From Methanobacteriota archaeon (lineage in GTDB: Archaea > Thermoplasmatota > Poseidoniia > Poseidoniales > Poseidoniaceae), in the NCBI GenBank assembly GCA_009937205.1, contig JAACCR010000014.1, positions 1 through 41,841 on the forward strand: 41,841 nt of DNA. Reading direction: 5' to 3'. The notes beneath the pieces are model-generated. The model was not told the origin of the DNA and made no database searches. It worked only from the letters and a program-made list of their open reading frames with translations. Shown in pieces: positions 9,670-22,600 of this stretch (its first letter is position 1; each line of letters starts with the position of its first letter). The position numbers and the translations under genes were made by a program.

Positions 9670-11028
9670 TTATTCCATTAGGGTTACACGGCCCTCTCCA
9701 CATAAATCTGCAGCGATAATCGAATTGATATCTTTGCCAGTTGATAGCGCCCAATGCAACTTTGCAACAACTGTTTCAGGTGGTGCAACAATACCATGAC
9801 CTAATATTCCCATTTGCATTTGCTTTCGTCCTTTAGAGTATACATTCATATCGACAGGCCCGTTAATACATTGATTGACAATGACTACATGAACTTCCCG
9901 ATTTATAGCTCGTGTAATACTTCGCCAAAGTAATAAGTTTTCAGGTGCATCTCCTTCTGGGTTATCTATTGGGAGATGCCCTAAACCCGTTCCGTGTATT
10001 ACAATCGCTTGACAACCAAGGTTCATTATTGCATCAATTTGTTCAGCGAGTAACCACGGTCCAGAAATGAATTGAGGTATACGGATTTTTAGTTCAAATT
10101 TATCAGGAGAAGAGGTTACTTCCCTCTCATTTGGTAATTCCAATTCTGCTGAATAAGTTTGACTCAATTTGTGAGAGGGTTTGCCATTATTGGCACTAAT
10201 AATTGCAAGTGGCTGTGTATTTATTCCTTTGAATGCATCTCGGCGGGTCGAGTGCATCTTTCTGACTCCTATTCCAGGATATACTGAACATTCTCCATCA
10301 TTTGAACTGGTGTGCATTACGACAACTACTGAATCACCTGCTGCACCAATAGGAGCAGGACCATTGGCAACCCAATGGACAGCAGCAATTAGGTTTTCAG
10401 CAGCATCAGAAGAGCCTCTATCACTAGAGCGCTGTGATCCAACAAGAGCAATCGGGCGAGGTGTTTTTCCACCAGAACCTGCCCATGCAAATGAAAGCGC
10501 AGCTGCGGTGTAGTGGAGTGTATCTGTTCCGTGTGTTACAACCACTCCATCAACTCCATCTTCGAAAGCTTGCATTGAAGCCTCTAAAATGTCATTCCAG
10601 TGTTGAGGCCGCATATCATCTGAAAACATATTACCTAATTTTACCGCTTCTATATTGGCGATATCCCTCAATTCAGGAATAGATGAAATCAATTCATCTG
10701 GTTCAAATCTAGCAACTACTGCACCGGTTGCATAATCCACTTTACTAGCGATTGTACCACCGGTGTGAAGGATTCTAACCGTTGGTAATGATTTGTCAAT
10801 AGGTGCCTGATTTGACTCACCTTCAGCAGTTTCTGTGGTAATACTTGCAACCACTTCTATGCTTGTTATTGAGTCAATCGGATAACTGGCATTATATCCA
10901 TTTACCAGTTTGATCGTTACATGTCCAACAGACGCAGCAGGTATGATGATTCCCTCTATCTCTGTAGAGCCATTGTGACTTTCCACCGTTACGAGGACGC
11001 GACTACCTGTGTCAGGCACATCAACCAT
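9670..11028 (-). CDS. gatD: Glutamyl-tRNA(Gln) amidotransferase subunit D
   Basis: N-terminal IKLVNGYN, TGGTIASKVDY, HGTDT, GSQRSSDRGSSD, RKMHSTRRDAF and GTGLGH motifs. Start set at ATG 11028, which follows GGAGGT. Confidence 0.95.
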   Translation of the reverse strand: MVDVPDTGSRVLVTVESHNGSTEIEGIIIPAASVGHVTIKLVNGYNASYPIDSITSIEVVASITTETAEGESNQAPIDKSLPTVRILHTGGTIASKVDYATGAVVARFEPDELISSIPELRDIANIEAVKLGNMFSDDMRPQHWNDILEASMQAFEDGVDGVVVTHGTDTLHYTAAALSFAWAGSGGKTPRPIALVGSQRSSDRGSSDAAENLIAAVHWVANGPAPIGAAGDSVVVVMHTSSNDGECSVYPGIGVRKMHSTRRDAFKGINTQPLAIISANNGKPSHKLSQTYSAELELPNEREVTSSPDKFELKIRIPQFISGPWLLAEQIDAIMNLGCQAIVIHGTGLGHLPIDNPEGDAPENLLLWRSITRAINREVHVVIVNQCINGPVDMNVYSKGRKQMQMGILGHGIVAPPETVVAKLHWALSTGKDINSIIAADLCGEGRVTLME

Positions 11029-11050
11029 GAAGACCTCCATCAAGTGAAGG

Positions 11051-11066
11051 CACATCAAGACATCGG
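11051..11066 (-). promoter_or_regulatory. Putative BRE/TATA-position element of gatD (CCGATGTCTTGATGTG)
   Basis: 15/16 identical to the element upstream of aspS and at the same offset from the start codon. Confidence 0.6.
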
Positions 11067-11136
11067 AATCCATTGGGTGCCAATAGTTGATTTCATTAGA
11101 ATTTACGATAGTCAAAAATGTCCTAGACTGTATCAC

Positions 11137-11270
11137 TGGTGCCGGGAGCGGGGCTTGAACCCGCGACCTTCGGATGTCTCAGACACCACAATGGGATTGT
11201 TTGCACGTCATACGATTGCCTTGTAGGCTGCCCTATGAGTCCGACGCGCCACCAACTACGCCACCCCGGC
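11137..11270 (-). tRNA. tRNA-Met (CAT, probably elongator) with a 58-nt intron at 37/38 (11176-11233) and encoded CCA
   Basis: Acceptor stem GCCGGGG/TCCCGGC+ACCA, anticodon arm TCGGA-CTCATA^A-TCCGA, T arm GCGGG-TTCAAGC-CCCGC. CTCA pairs with intron TGAG as the bulge-helix-bulge core. Mature length is 76 nt, and G1-C72 argues against the initiator. Confidence 0.95.
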
Positions 11271-11369
11271 TTACCCCGTCGTGAAGCACTCCCCCTTTGA
11301 ATGATACGGCTCGCCTTTGATGTGTTGTCCATTGTAGCCTTTATTCACTGCCAACTTTTGGCCTTGGGC

Positions 11370-12287
11370 ATGGTGGACCTAAACACTGCGATTGCGGCTG
11401 CTTCGACAGAGCGCCGTAAACGTACAGAAGGTGAGGAAAAAGAAAAGAAAATTCGCCGTAGTGGAGCGGATCTTGGATTAGAGGCTTTTGACCCTGCCAA
11501 ATACGCTGAGAAAGAAAAGGCAGATGCGGTTTCAATGTGGCTAGTACTTACCTTTTCAGTGATTGTATCACTGCTAATGCGCTATGTATTGATGCCGAAT
11601 ACTGCTGCTGACAAAACAGATATTTTGTATCTACTCCCTCTAACAGCAATGATTCTGATTCCACAAGTACATCGCGCAATATTGCCGCAAAAATACCTCG
11701 AACATTTCACTAAGGGGACTTGGGTGAAAAGTGGATTTTTACACACATTCACATTTTTAGCAATGTCCTTTTTATTGGTCAATCCACCGTTTGGAGATAT
11801 TGTAGCACCACAATTATCCGGTGAATGGACAATTGCTACTGATGATGGTAATGAATTGCTATTTGATGACGGGACCAGCAAGGATTCTATCACTTGGACA
11901 GTTGATTCCGAGGGCAAATTGAAAGGCCAGGTTTGGTTACTATTCGGATTGGCAGATAATGTCAATTCCGATGGAGCAGAAGTAATTGTAACACTTACAA
12001 ATAATGAAGGTAGTAAAAATATTTCAGCAAATAGTACCTTTTGGGTTGACAATGAACAAAGATTACTAAATGCAACAACTACGACAAATAGTACGCTTCC
12101 AAATCTATTTCCGCATGATGATAAAGACCAACGTTTTGCAATCCAATTGGGTGAAAACCTTCCTGAAGGAAAGCATACAATCACCGTCCAAATTACTGAA
12201 CAAAAAGATACCCGGATGTATCCTTGGTCGAATGAAAAGACCTACGAGTGGGACCTAATCGTTGTTAAGGAAGTTGTCCAAGGTTAA
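11370..12287 (+). CDS. Hypothetical membrane protein (charged N-terminus, 3 TM, beta-rich C-terminal domain)
   Basis: Long ORF with a clear TM pattern ending in LLVNPPFGD. Start moved to ATG 11370. Confidence 0.75.
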   Translation: MVDLNTAIAAASTERRKRTEGEEKEKKIRRSGADLGLEAFDPAKYAEKEKADAVSMWLVLTFSVIVSLLMRYVLMPNTAADKTDILYLLPLTAMILIPQVHRAILPQKYLEHFTKGTWVKSGFLHTFTFLAMSFLLVNPPFGDIVAPQLSGEWTIATDDGNELLFDDGTSKDSITWTVDSEGKLKGQVWLLFGLADNVNSDGAEVIVTLTNNEGSKNISANSTFWVDNEQRLLNATTTTNSTLPNLFPHDDKDQRFAIQLGENLPEGKHTITVQITEQKDTRMYPWSNEKTYEWDLIVVKEVVQG

Positions 12288-12457
12288 GAAAGCAAGTCTG
12301 AATGAGCCGCCATTATTGTGCTCAATAGTATTGAGATTTTGTTGATATCTCTTTGCTCATTAGTAGTTTGAATCAATTTGGAGATTCTGTATTTGCGAAT
12401 AAGCGGGGCAATCGGCGTCCAACATGCAGCATCTATCAAGTATTGTCTTACTGTCAT
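12284..12457 (-). CDS. Possible small protein (57 aa, MTVRQYLIDAACWTPIAPLIRKYRISK...)
   Basis: Manually read ATG-to-TAA ORF that fills the gap downstream of rfcS. It is below the ORF-track cutoff and has no recognisable motif. Confidence 0.35.
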   Translation of the reverse strand: MTVRQYLIDAACWTPIAPLIRKYRISKLIQTTNEQRDINKISILLSTIMAAHSDLLS

Positions 12458-12534
12458 ATCTATGTTGAGAGTAATCTGATACCAGTCATTTTTCTACACC
12501 CCTGTTTCAAAAGGTGAAAGTGAACGGATTCGGA

Positions 12535-13494
12535 TTAATCATTTTTCAAATGGGTTACAAAGCGTGCAGTTAGGGCATCGAGTTGTATATGCTCTCCACC
12601 GCCTTCTACCAGCCTATAATCAACTTCAGCCATCCATTCAGTTAAATCTAGTTTTGCTGATTCACTAAGGAAATCAGCTGCATATAATTCACGATGTAAT
12701 TGATTGACAAAATCAGTTCCAGCCAGTCCATATTTGTCCAGTAATTCTTTCAATCTTCTTCTTGCAGCATGAAAACCATCATCCTTGCATGCCATCAAAT
12801 ATTGATGCAGTGCTTCGGGAGGTGCTGTTGCCGAGGTTTCATAGATTAATTCTCTCGTAATATTGTGGTCTAATGCGGCAGCAACTTGGAGAGCAGTAAT
12901 TGCTTTTCTAAGATCGCCTTGACTGATTCTTGTCAATGCCTCTGCAGCATCATCAGTTAGGTTTACCTTTTCTTCTTTTGCAACATATATGACGTGATTG
13001 TGTACTGCGGAATCCGAGAATGGGCGGAATCTAAAAACTGCACATCTAGACTGTATCGGTTCAATGATTTTTGAAGAGTAGTTACAAGATAAAATGAATC
13101 TGCAAGTTTGAGCATATTGTTCCATAATTCTGCGCAGAGCACCTTGTGCATCATTGGTCAAAGCATCGGCTTCATCAAGGAAAATAATCTTGAATTTAGC
13201 ACTGCCATAGGGGGCAGTTCTTGCGAATTGTTTTACTTTACTCCTTATGCTTTCCAATTTTCTTTCATCAGAGGCATTCATCTCCAATAAATTCTGTCGA
13301 TAATCGTCACCAAATACATCTTTTGTCAAAGCCATGGCGGCAGTTGTTTTTCCAGTACCAGGAGGGCCTGCGAAAAGCAAATGCGGGAATTCCTTATTCT
13401 TAGAATATATCGTTAATCGTTGCACTACGGGCAATTGTCCGCGAATATCTTGAACTGATTGCGGGCGGTGTTTTTCAACCCATAAGTCGCTCAT
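12535..13494 (-). CDS. rfcS: Replication factor C small subunit
   Basis: WVEKHRP, Walker A GPPGTGKT, LEMNASDER, Walker B LDEAD, IQSRC arginine finger and GDLRKA. No intein. Confidence 0.97.
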   Translation of the reverse strand: MSDLWVEKHRPQSVQDIRGQLPVVQRLTIYSKNKEFPHLLFAGPPGTGKTTAAMALTKDVFGDDYRQNLLEMNASDERKLESIRSKVKQFARTAPYGSAKFKIIFLDEADALTNDAQGALRRIMEQYAQTCRFILSCNYSSKIIEPIQSRCAVFRFRPFSDSAVHNHVIYVAKEEKVNLTDDAAEALTRISQGDLRKAITALQVAAALDHNITRELIYETSATAPPEALHQYLMACKDDGFHAARRRLKELLDKYGLAGTDFVNQLHRELYAADFLSESAKLDLTEWMAEVDYRLVEGGGEHIQLDALTARFVTHLKND

Positions 13495-13688
13495 AGGTGT
13501 GACCTTTACGGCGAACCTCCTTCAACATTTGCTTGATTTTTGATTGACGCTAAATCAATTTATAGTAAATCCATGGCAAATGATTCATTCTTTCTGAATA
13601 CTCCCCCGTAGGGAGAAGAATACGTTTTGAACTACAATTTCATGCTCATTTAGGGAAAAGACAGTATAACGGGGACGAGGTGTGAAGG

Positions 13689-16600
13689 ATGAGTCCCATG
13701 CTACGCGATAACAAAAAACCTCAAACTTCGGTAGCCATATTAATGATAGTTCTATTTTTATTCGCAGATTTAGCACTCCCAAGTGCAGTGCCGCAATGGA
13801 AAGAATTGGAAGACAATCCAACGATTAACAGGGTAATTTCTAGCGTATCGCCTTCGGAGGACACTTACATTGATTCTTTTTATCCAAACGATAATTTTGA
13901 GCAGGCATCAAATGGCACACTTAATGGAGGTGCCATAACACCATCTCGTCTACTTTTCAGTTTCAATATGAGTTTTGGTTCTACAGATACAATACACTCA
14001 GCAACACTGAGTTTGAATTGTACGACCGATGCGACAGTTTCAACCGATATCGCAATGTATCCAGCGGCAATAACTACATCATGGAATGTGACACAAGTTA
14101 CTTGGATGAATTCTGCAATGAATACCATGTGGAATTCGCCTGGTGCTGATGGTTCGTCAGAGCGTGGTGTTTGGGAACCTCCACACCGTGCTATGGCCAA
14201 TGGGACAATGCTGGTAAACGTAACAGCGCTTGCACAGCAAGCAGCATCTAATAATCAAAACACATTAGAACTGATCGTAGCATCAGAAGGAGCAGAATAT
14301 ACTTGCGAGATGAGTGAGTCTTCAATAATGGCTCAAAGACCTTCTCTAATCTTGGACACCTCTTCTTCAGCAGCTGGTAATGGCGGAAGTGTCACAGCAG
14401 ATTTCGTTGAAGAGGGGGCATCATTGATGACTGGGGATTTTATTCTAATGGCAGAAAAGAACCCTACACTTTCCTATGATTCATTAGTTGGAAGTGGTGT
14501 GGAATTCCAACTTTCTTTAGATTCTTCTTTCAAATCAAATGAAGATCTTACATGGCATTACAGTACAATGTCGAATTCCTTCACCACAACCAGTAGTTCA
14601 GGTACTTTTGATGTTCCAAGCGGCAGTGAAATCTCCAATGGTTCAGTGATTTACTACCGTGTACGTTCAATGGATTCTACTGATACTCTTAGCGATTGGA
14701 ATGATAGTTATTTCCTGCTACCAGAATTTTCAGTTACAGATAATGGCGATGGTACTGCAACGATTGAAATTGATGCAGACGACATGGGTCTGAATGATGA
14801 CTTTATTGAGGATGCACAGGTTGACCAGCTCTCAATAAATACAAAATTCGGTTCAAATGATAAAATGGAAGTAATGATGTCGACAACAAAAGAATCAGTG
14901 GTTCACATGAGGTTAAACTTGGACCAAATTGGATTGCATAGTAATGCTACAATCCAAAGTGCAGACCTCAATTTGTCTAGATTTTCAACTTCAGGTGCGC
15001 CAGAATTATCTATTCATGAAGTAAATGCTGAAGGTGTGTGGGATGAAGATGACACAACTTGGAGACGTTCAGATTCTTCAACGCTATGGGACGATGGAGG
15101 GAGAGGTTTACTTTCAGTATCTAGCGACACTATGGTCGGCACATCATCTTCAACAGATACATCTTTTGAACTCACTGATGCAATTCAGGGATGGATCCGA
15201 GATGGTGCTTCAGGCTCCAAGGATTTCATGTTAATTGGTCGGGGTGATGAAGGGTCATATTCCTCTAGCGGATTACAAGGGATCAATTTCTATTCCTCAG
15301 AGAATAGTGACGATACTAAGAAGCCAAATTTTGAATTAACATATAGCTGGAGTTCTAACACTACCATCGCTAATACCAACTTGCTCGGGCCGGAGCAAGG
15401 GAAAGCAGTGTGGGATCAAGTAGGGCACAATCTGTCCGGAAATTCAACTCCTTCTCTAACATGGTCTGGTACCGTCTCATCTTCGTATGATGTTATTTAC
15501 GAAATCGCAACCGACTCATTTTTCCGTGATAGAGTAAACCAGATAGATACTAGGACAGATTCAAATTTCACTTCCAGCCAAGGAATTTTTAACTTAACTG
15601 GAGTTGATGAATTAAGTACTGGAAATATGTATTTCTGGAGAATGTCACATGTTGACAACGATGGACTACGAGGTGAATGGAGCTATTCCAATTTCCTAGT
15701 CAGTGGATTAACAAGTACTTGGTTGGGAGATGATAGATATGAGTTCAGGCTCAGAGATGGAAATGGGACTAACGATGGCCTTTACCCGGAATGTGACGAC
15801 ACATACATCGACAGTGGTTCTCCAACCAGCAACTATGATGAAGAAACAGAAATGCAAATTTCATACAACACTTGGCCTAGTGAAACAAGCGTGCTGTTTA
15901 ATTGCGATCTTGTTGCCAATTTACTACCGAGCGGATATGCAGTGGAATCTGCACATTTAGCCGTTAAATTGGCAGATTATCCTAGCGGTTCACCAAATGT
16001 GGCTGTTTGGGAAAGCAGACAACATAACTGGACTGCTGAAGGAGCAACTTGGACTACATATGATGGAGTCAATAATTGGGCTTCAGCGGGTGCAAACGGT
16101 TGGGAGAGAGGTTCTCTCATCGATTCATTAACAGTTGGAAACTCTTATTCTGTAGGTGATACACTTGAATGGAATGTGACATTAGGTATTCAAAATGCTA
16201 TGCGGGATGATAGGGCTGCGGACTTCATTATCGGTGTGACTGGTGTTGGAACAGGTAGTGACCGAGATATCATGATATATCCAGGTTCTACTTCTACAGC
16301 AAGTTATAGGCCACAACTTTCCTTTGTTTATGTTCCAGGTTCTGACGCAATTCCGAATGATCCAGTTCCACTTTCACCACTGAATGGGTCATGGTCTGTA
16401 ACTCCGGGGATTGAGACAGCACCAGAAAGCCGTCCTGAATTGGGTTGGTCTTTCAATGGCACCATGAGCATAGGTGGCTGGGCTGTGCAATTGGACAAAT
16501 CAACTTCATTCAGCACTCCAGATCTAATCATGACAACATCATGGCTAGATACTGGATTCGATACAACAAATCTAACTTACACACCAGCCAGTAATTTGGA

Positions 16601-19600
16601 CAATGGTTCTACTTGGTACTGGAGAGTAAGAGCAATATCGACCACAAACCAACTCGGAAATTGGTCACAAACATTCAATTTCCTTCTGCCAGATATTACT
16701 ACTTGGCCTATTGATTCAGAGAATGCAGCAGTTGAATTACGTCACAGAAAGGCGATGCCATCTCTTAATATTCCTGATTTTACAGATACATATGTAATTG
16801 AAGGAGGATCTGGTTCAAGTTCTACATATGACACATCTGGATATATCTATGTGGGTGAGATGGCAACAGGATACCAATCCGCGGGATTGATTAAGATCCC
16901 ACTAAATCAATTGCCAAATCCGAGTAATGCAAGAATTACAAATGCAGATTTAAACCTATATTCAATATTTGGTTCATCCATTGACGAGCCACTAGCGATT
17001 AGACCAGTATTACAAAGTTGGAATGCTGATGCAAATGATACAACATATGATGGAATTAACAATTGGTCAACACTCGGTGGAAGGCATATTGGGTCAGATA
17101 TTGGCACTTATGTAGATATTCAAGACAGTGTATCCGCAGGTTGGATGACATGGGATGTCACAGAGGCGATACAAGCTTCTCAGGCTGCAGGTTCTAGTGA
17201 ATTATCATTGATGATTTACGCATCTAGCACGGTAACCCAAGATTATGTCCAATTCATTTCAACAGATAGCACATCATCCGACAAACCTTGGTTGAATTTA
17301 ACTTGGTCCAATGGTAGTGCTTCAATACCGACCATTGCAGGAAATAATGCAGGTCCTAGCAACAATGCAATTACTTGGAATGCAACATCGCATGCAGCAA
17401 TACCAGAATACAAACCTACTATGTCTTGGACTCATTCTAATTCAGCAAATATTGATGACTGGAGAGTGTTCATTATGGCTGATGCAAATGAGGAAATGGA
17501 AGGACTAACCACCTATGACTCTAGATCACAGCCACAATTATTCGATTTGACAAATTTAACCTTCACACCAGGAACAGACATTACTCACACCCGTGAAGTA
17601 AGATGGATGGTACAACCAGTTGTCGATAAGATGTTGGGTCCACGCAGTACCTCCACAGTATTCCACATACCTGAAGAAATGAGCGGTGAAGTAGATTCAA
17701 CTACAGCTTGGGTCTCACTTCAAGAAGGAGCATATGTAGAGCCATTATCCTACCCAGCACTGACAGAAGACACCTATGTCGATAGCGGCAATAGATTTAC
17801 CTCTTTTGGAAATACTACAACGGTAAATGTAGGAGTAAGTCCTTTGTCAAGTAACCATTATGCTAACACATTAATATCGTTTGATTTAGGCGTGATTCCA
17901 CTTCCAAGTATCTATGAAATTCAAAATGCTACTTTGGAAATGTCAGTTTTATCAGGTTCGGGTTCAGTATTTACTTCAGTATCGGTAATGAATACATATT
18001 GGAATGAATCTTCTCAATGGGCCGCTCCTTCAGCTACAGTAAATTGGATAGCACCGGGAGCCCATCAAAGTAATGATAGCGACCTACCATTTACCGAAGG
18101 ACAATGGATTAATTCATCTGGAGATACAGTTATTTGGAATTTGACTGCCGCGATTCAAGAAGCAATTCATAATGGTCAAACTTCAATCTCTCTAATTATC
18201 CAAGGTGAGGAACTCAATCCTACAATGGGCACATATGCATTGCATAGTAGTGAATCACCAAATAATGATATGAGGCCAAGAATAAATTTCACTTATATTG
18301 AACAAGCGCCATGGATTCCTCCAGCATCCACTGGACTATTGCCTGCGGATGGAACTACACTGTGGGATACTAGCACACCTAGGCCTTCGGGACTATCCGT
18401 ATTCGATGTTAATTGGACAGAGCATCAAACCAATGAAACTAGTTGGGTTGCTTGTAAATCATACTCTCCGCGCATGTTTTATTCCGACTGTATAGATCTG
18501 GCCGATTTATCTGGAACCAATATGTCATTCAATTCCGCCACCAATACTATGACTATCTCCAATAATTCATATGAAGATGCATGGACATATTGGCGCGTTA
18601 GAGCGGATCAAAACAATCGTATTGGTCAATGGTCAACTGTTAACAGTTTTAGAACACCAGACTCAATTGGATCTGATGATGGAAATGGCAATCATACAGT
18701 AATATTGTCACGTGGGTCAATCTTCTCAGAGAGCGGCCTTTTACCACTAGCACCGGATGTGGAACTGGAATCAACTGTAACTAGCAATCAAGGGTCGAGT
18801 AATACTCTTGATTTGGGTACAACATCATCTGGAACTGGTGAAAGCCAAATTCTTCTTGAATTCTATTTGGGAGATATCCCATGGCCTGCAGCTATGACTC
18901 CTACATCTATGGTACTCAAACTTTGGAGAGAGCAAGTAATTGGAACAACTTCAACAACTGTTTCTGCACACGCTTGTTCTTCATTCACCGAATCAGTTGC
19001 CACTTGGAGTAATGCCCCAACTTGTTCAACAACTGAATTGACCAGAACAACTCTAACTCTAATGCCGCCAAATGGATGGCATGAATTTGATTTGACAAGT
19101 CTAGCGCAATCCAATATTGCTAATGGCAATACTACAATGTCAATATTACTGAAGGTTGTAGGAGCGCCTGGAACAACTCACCGCTTCTTTTCAAGTGATT
19201 ATAGTACCAATGAATCACGCCGCCCACAGTTGGTCTTAGATTATGTTGACAATACAGCAGGAATTATTCCTCCGAGCCAACCTTCACTGTTATTCCCACT
19301 AGATGGAAGCGTACTATACGATACCAGTGAAGTAGTTATTCAAAGCCAGTCAAATCCAGTCTTATCTTGGAATTTAGTAAATGGGGCGAGCGGATACATC
19401 GTTACAATTGCAAATTCAACAGGCGTCTATAAGTTCAAATCATGGGAAAGTACGTACATTAACGGTACAACATTCCGTTTCAATGACCTTCTAGATTCAG
19501 GCGATGTATTTTCTTGGTGGGTACAAGGTGTTAACCAAACAATTCCGGGCCCTTCTTCAGCGCGTTGGTCGTTCGCAATTGGTGATCCATCACATACTGA

Positions 19601-22600
19601 TAACCAAGACATGACTTTCACCTATGATTTCCAAACAGGAAATGAAGTAATGCAATTCGGTCACACAAATATTAGAGATAGTACACTGAGTGAAGCGAAT
19701 CCAAATGAAAATATGGGTGACGTAGATTATCTCAGTATTGGTACTGGGTGCGATTCTGTTGCTAATGCAGAATGTAAGGCCGTAATCGGATTAGATAATT
19801 CCCAGATACCATTTGCTCCATTCCAGAAAATACACTCCGCAAGCCTTGGATTCTATATCTCATCAATGAGCGCATCTGGTGGAGCATCTTCTTTGGATAT
19901 TTCAGTGCATAAAATGCTTTTATCATCTTGGAGCCAATCTGCTTCTTCATGGAATGAATCAATGCCGGGAATGAATTGGAGTGCTCCAGGTCTTCAAGCG
20001 GGTGTTGAGTATGATGCTACAGCAATTACTACAATCACGCTCCCATCCACCGCCACAGGGTGGTTTTGGTTGGATATAGGTGTAGATGGAATGCTTATTG
20101 ACAATGATAACCAATGGGTCATTATTGCAACACCAAATGCAGGCTCTTTTGCTCTGGACGTCTATTCTAGTGAATATGCTTCCTCCACCCATAGGCCAAA
20201 GATACAGTTGAATACAACAAATGTTAGCAGTATTTCAATTGCACCAACATTGCCAACGACGGATGCAGATTCTACATTCAGTTTCTCACATCAAGCATAC
20301 AACCACCAAGTATTGCAAATCAGCGCACCAGTAACTTGGAGTTCTAGCGATGGAAGTATTGATTCCTTCGGATTATTCACTCCACGAAGTGTTGGTACGC
20401 ACACAATTACTGCTTGTTTTGGCTTAATTTGTTCTAGTGAATCAATAACGGTAACTCCAGGAGTTCCAACTAATCTTGATGTTACACCACTAACTGGTCA
20501 AATTACATCCGATGAGTCCTTGGAGATTACAGCAACAGTTGTTGATCAATTCGGGAATGCTGTTTCAGGTGAATTGATTACATATTCTGCTACAAATGGT
20601 TCAATGGGGGGCATTAATGGCAACATCTACTATCCACACGAATCAGGAACTCAAACAGTTACTGTGACATGGGGAACACAATCGATTGATGTAGTGATTT
20701 CAGTAGACACTGGTACACCTGCATATTTTGAATTGACAGGTTGTGAAGGAACGGTCCCAGCTGGTGAATGGTGTGACATAACTCATCTTCTTTACGATCA
20801 GTATGGTAATCTGCTAAATATTTCACAAGCAGGATTGCTAACTTGGAGCACAGATGATGGTAATTACAGTGAATTGAATGGGCAATATTTCCCAGATCAC
20901 TTAGGTGTCTGGAATTTGACTCTAACATCGATTTCAGGCGCATCTGCCCAAATAGAGATTACAGTTGGACATGGAGAGATGCAGAGTCTTGAACTCGCAG
21001 TATCCTCAACATCAATTACAGCAGATGAAATCGTGTACATTAATACAACAAGAATAGATGTACGAGGAAATAGGCTGAATGTAACATTGCCAATAGAAAA
21101 TTGGACAAAGATTGCTGATGGTAACTTAAGTGCAGGTGAAACTGCAACTTGGAATCCAGTATCAAGAGGTTCTAAGTTGCTACAAGCGAGGTATGAATCC
21201 ATTACTGCAGATGTTACAATTACTGTTGCTGAAGGAGCGATTACCAGTTTAGTATTGATTGTTGATTCTGAACCTGCTAGTTGGCAAAATATGTTAATGA
21301 CTGCAGATGAAACACTAACCGTTAAGGTCAAGGCAATTGATATGAAGGATAATCGCTGGACAATAACTGCTAATTGGTCAATTTCACATCAAGATTACCA
21401 AGGTGCTTTTGAATCAGATCTCCCTAATGACCAAGCAATATTCATGGCAGAGTATGCATCACTATCCCAATATACCATCACAGCGACATATGATGATGGT
21501 AATATGATTCATACAATTTCAATATACGCAACTGTATCACATGGTGTCCTAACCGACATTGATCTAAGTTCAATAAGCAGTGAAGACGATGTGTCAAGCG
21601 AGTATGACATTACTTCTGATGATTGGATTGATTTCTCTGCAGAACTTTCAGATTTTGAAAACAATCCAATAGATTCAAGCATTCTAAGATGGTCACTAAC
21701 TGAAGAATCAAGCGGTGAAGTAACCGATATTACCGATGAATTAGTTGCAAACGGAATGAGGTGGGAAGCCGAATTGATTGGAAACTATACAATAAAGGCA
21801 TTCAATAACAGTCAATCCGGATATGAAATTGGTGATTCTGTAAGTATTACAGTTCACCATGGTCGCGCTGTAATACTTTCTGCCATTGGAGATGCAAATA
21901 CAGCTACAGCAGGATTCGAAATAACAATTACAATCACTGGAGAAGATAGCGATGGAAACACATTCCCTCAAAATGTTGAGTGGCAAGAAAACAATGGAAT
22001 CGCTCATGATATTAATGCCACAAGTGAAGACGGGATCTATACTTATCAAGCAAGAATCGAAGGTCCTCATCTCTTGACATACAGCAGTTCTGCAACAGTT
22101 AACGGCGAAATACAGTTGGCAGTTAGTGCTAAGAGAACCGTGACGCATCTAAAGGTTGAACTTTCAAGTGATTCAGTTGAACAACTTGGAGAATTTACAG
22201 TTAATGTGACAGCATTTGATGAGTTTTGGAATAAGATACCTGTGCCTCCGAGTACACTTGTTGATTCAACTGGAAGAGCGGAGATACTCAACCAAGGCGA
22301 TGGTGTTTGGAGAATAATTACTCTGGATGAAGGTAGCCAAACAATCACGGTACAATCTGGACAGGTAAGCGAAGATAGAACCTTCACCGTAACAGGAACA
22401 CTCGAAGGATTCTTTGAAGCAGGTGGTATCTTGTATTACGTTGGAGCATTTTTGGCAGCAGCAATCGCCATTGTCCTATTGATTGTCTTGAAGATTGTCC
22501 TATCTGGAAAGGATGACGAATGGGATGAGGATGAAGAAGACGAAGAGGATGATGATGAACCAACACCTGAGAGAAGAAAACCAACTCGCGGTGGTGCAGC

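Noticed and set aside
9670-11028. GatD asparaginase domain as part of the asparaginase-like catabolic story
   Set aside because: It has the full GatD architecture and a different fold from the class-3 enzyme, so it is a housekeeping gene.
11176-11233. Possible C/D-box guide RNA in the tRNA intron (ATGACG...CTGA)
   Set aside because: The C box is a poor match, the CTGA belongs to the splice motif, and there is no clear D'/C' pair.
11123-11332. 69-aa ORF, and the 101-aa ORF at 10921-11226
   Set aside because: They overlap the tRNA-Met gene and/or gatD and have no protein-like features.
13531-13620. Inverted repeats (TTGATT-N7-AATCAA and CTCCC-N5-GGGAG) in the rfcS/giant-gene spacer as ncRNA or origin
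   Set aside because: The stems are short, there are no ORB-like repeats or cdc6 nearby, and they are compatible with chance.
22510-22560. GAY/GAR-rich low-complexity run
   Set aside because: It simply encodes the acidic linker of the giant protein.
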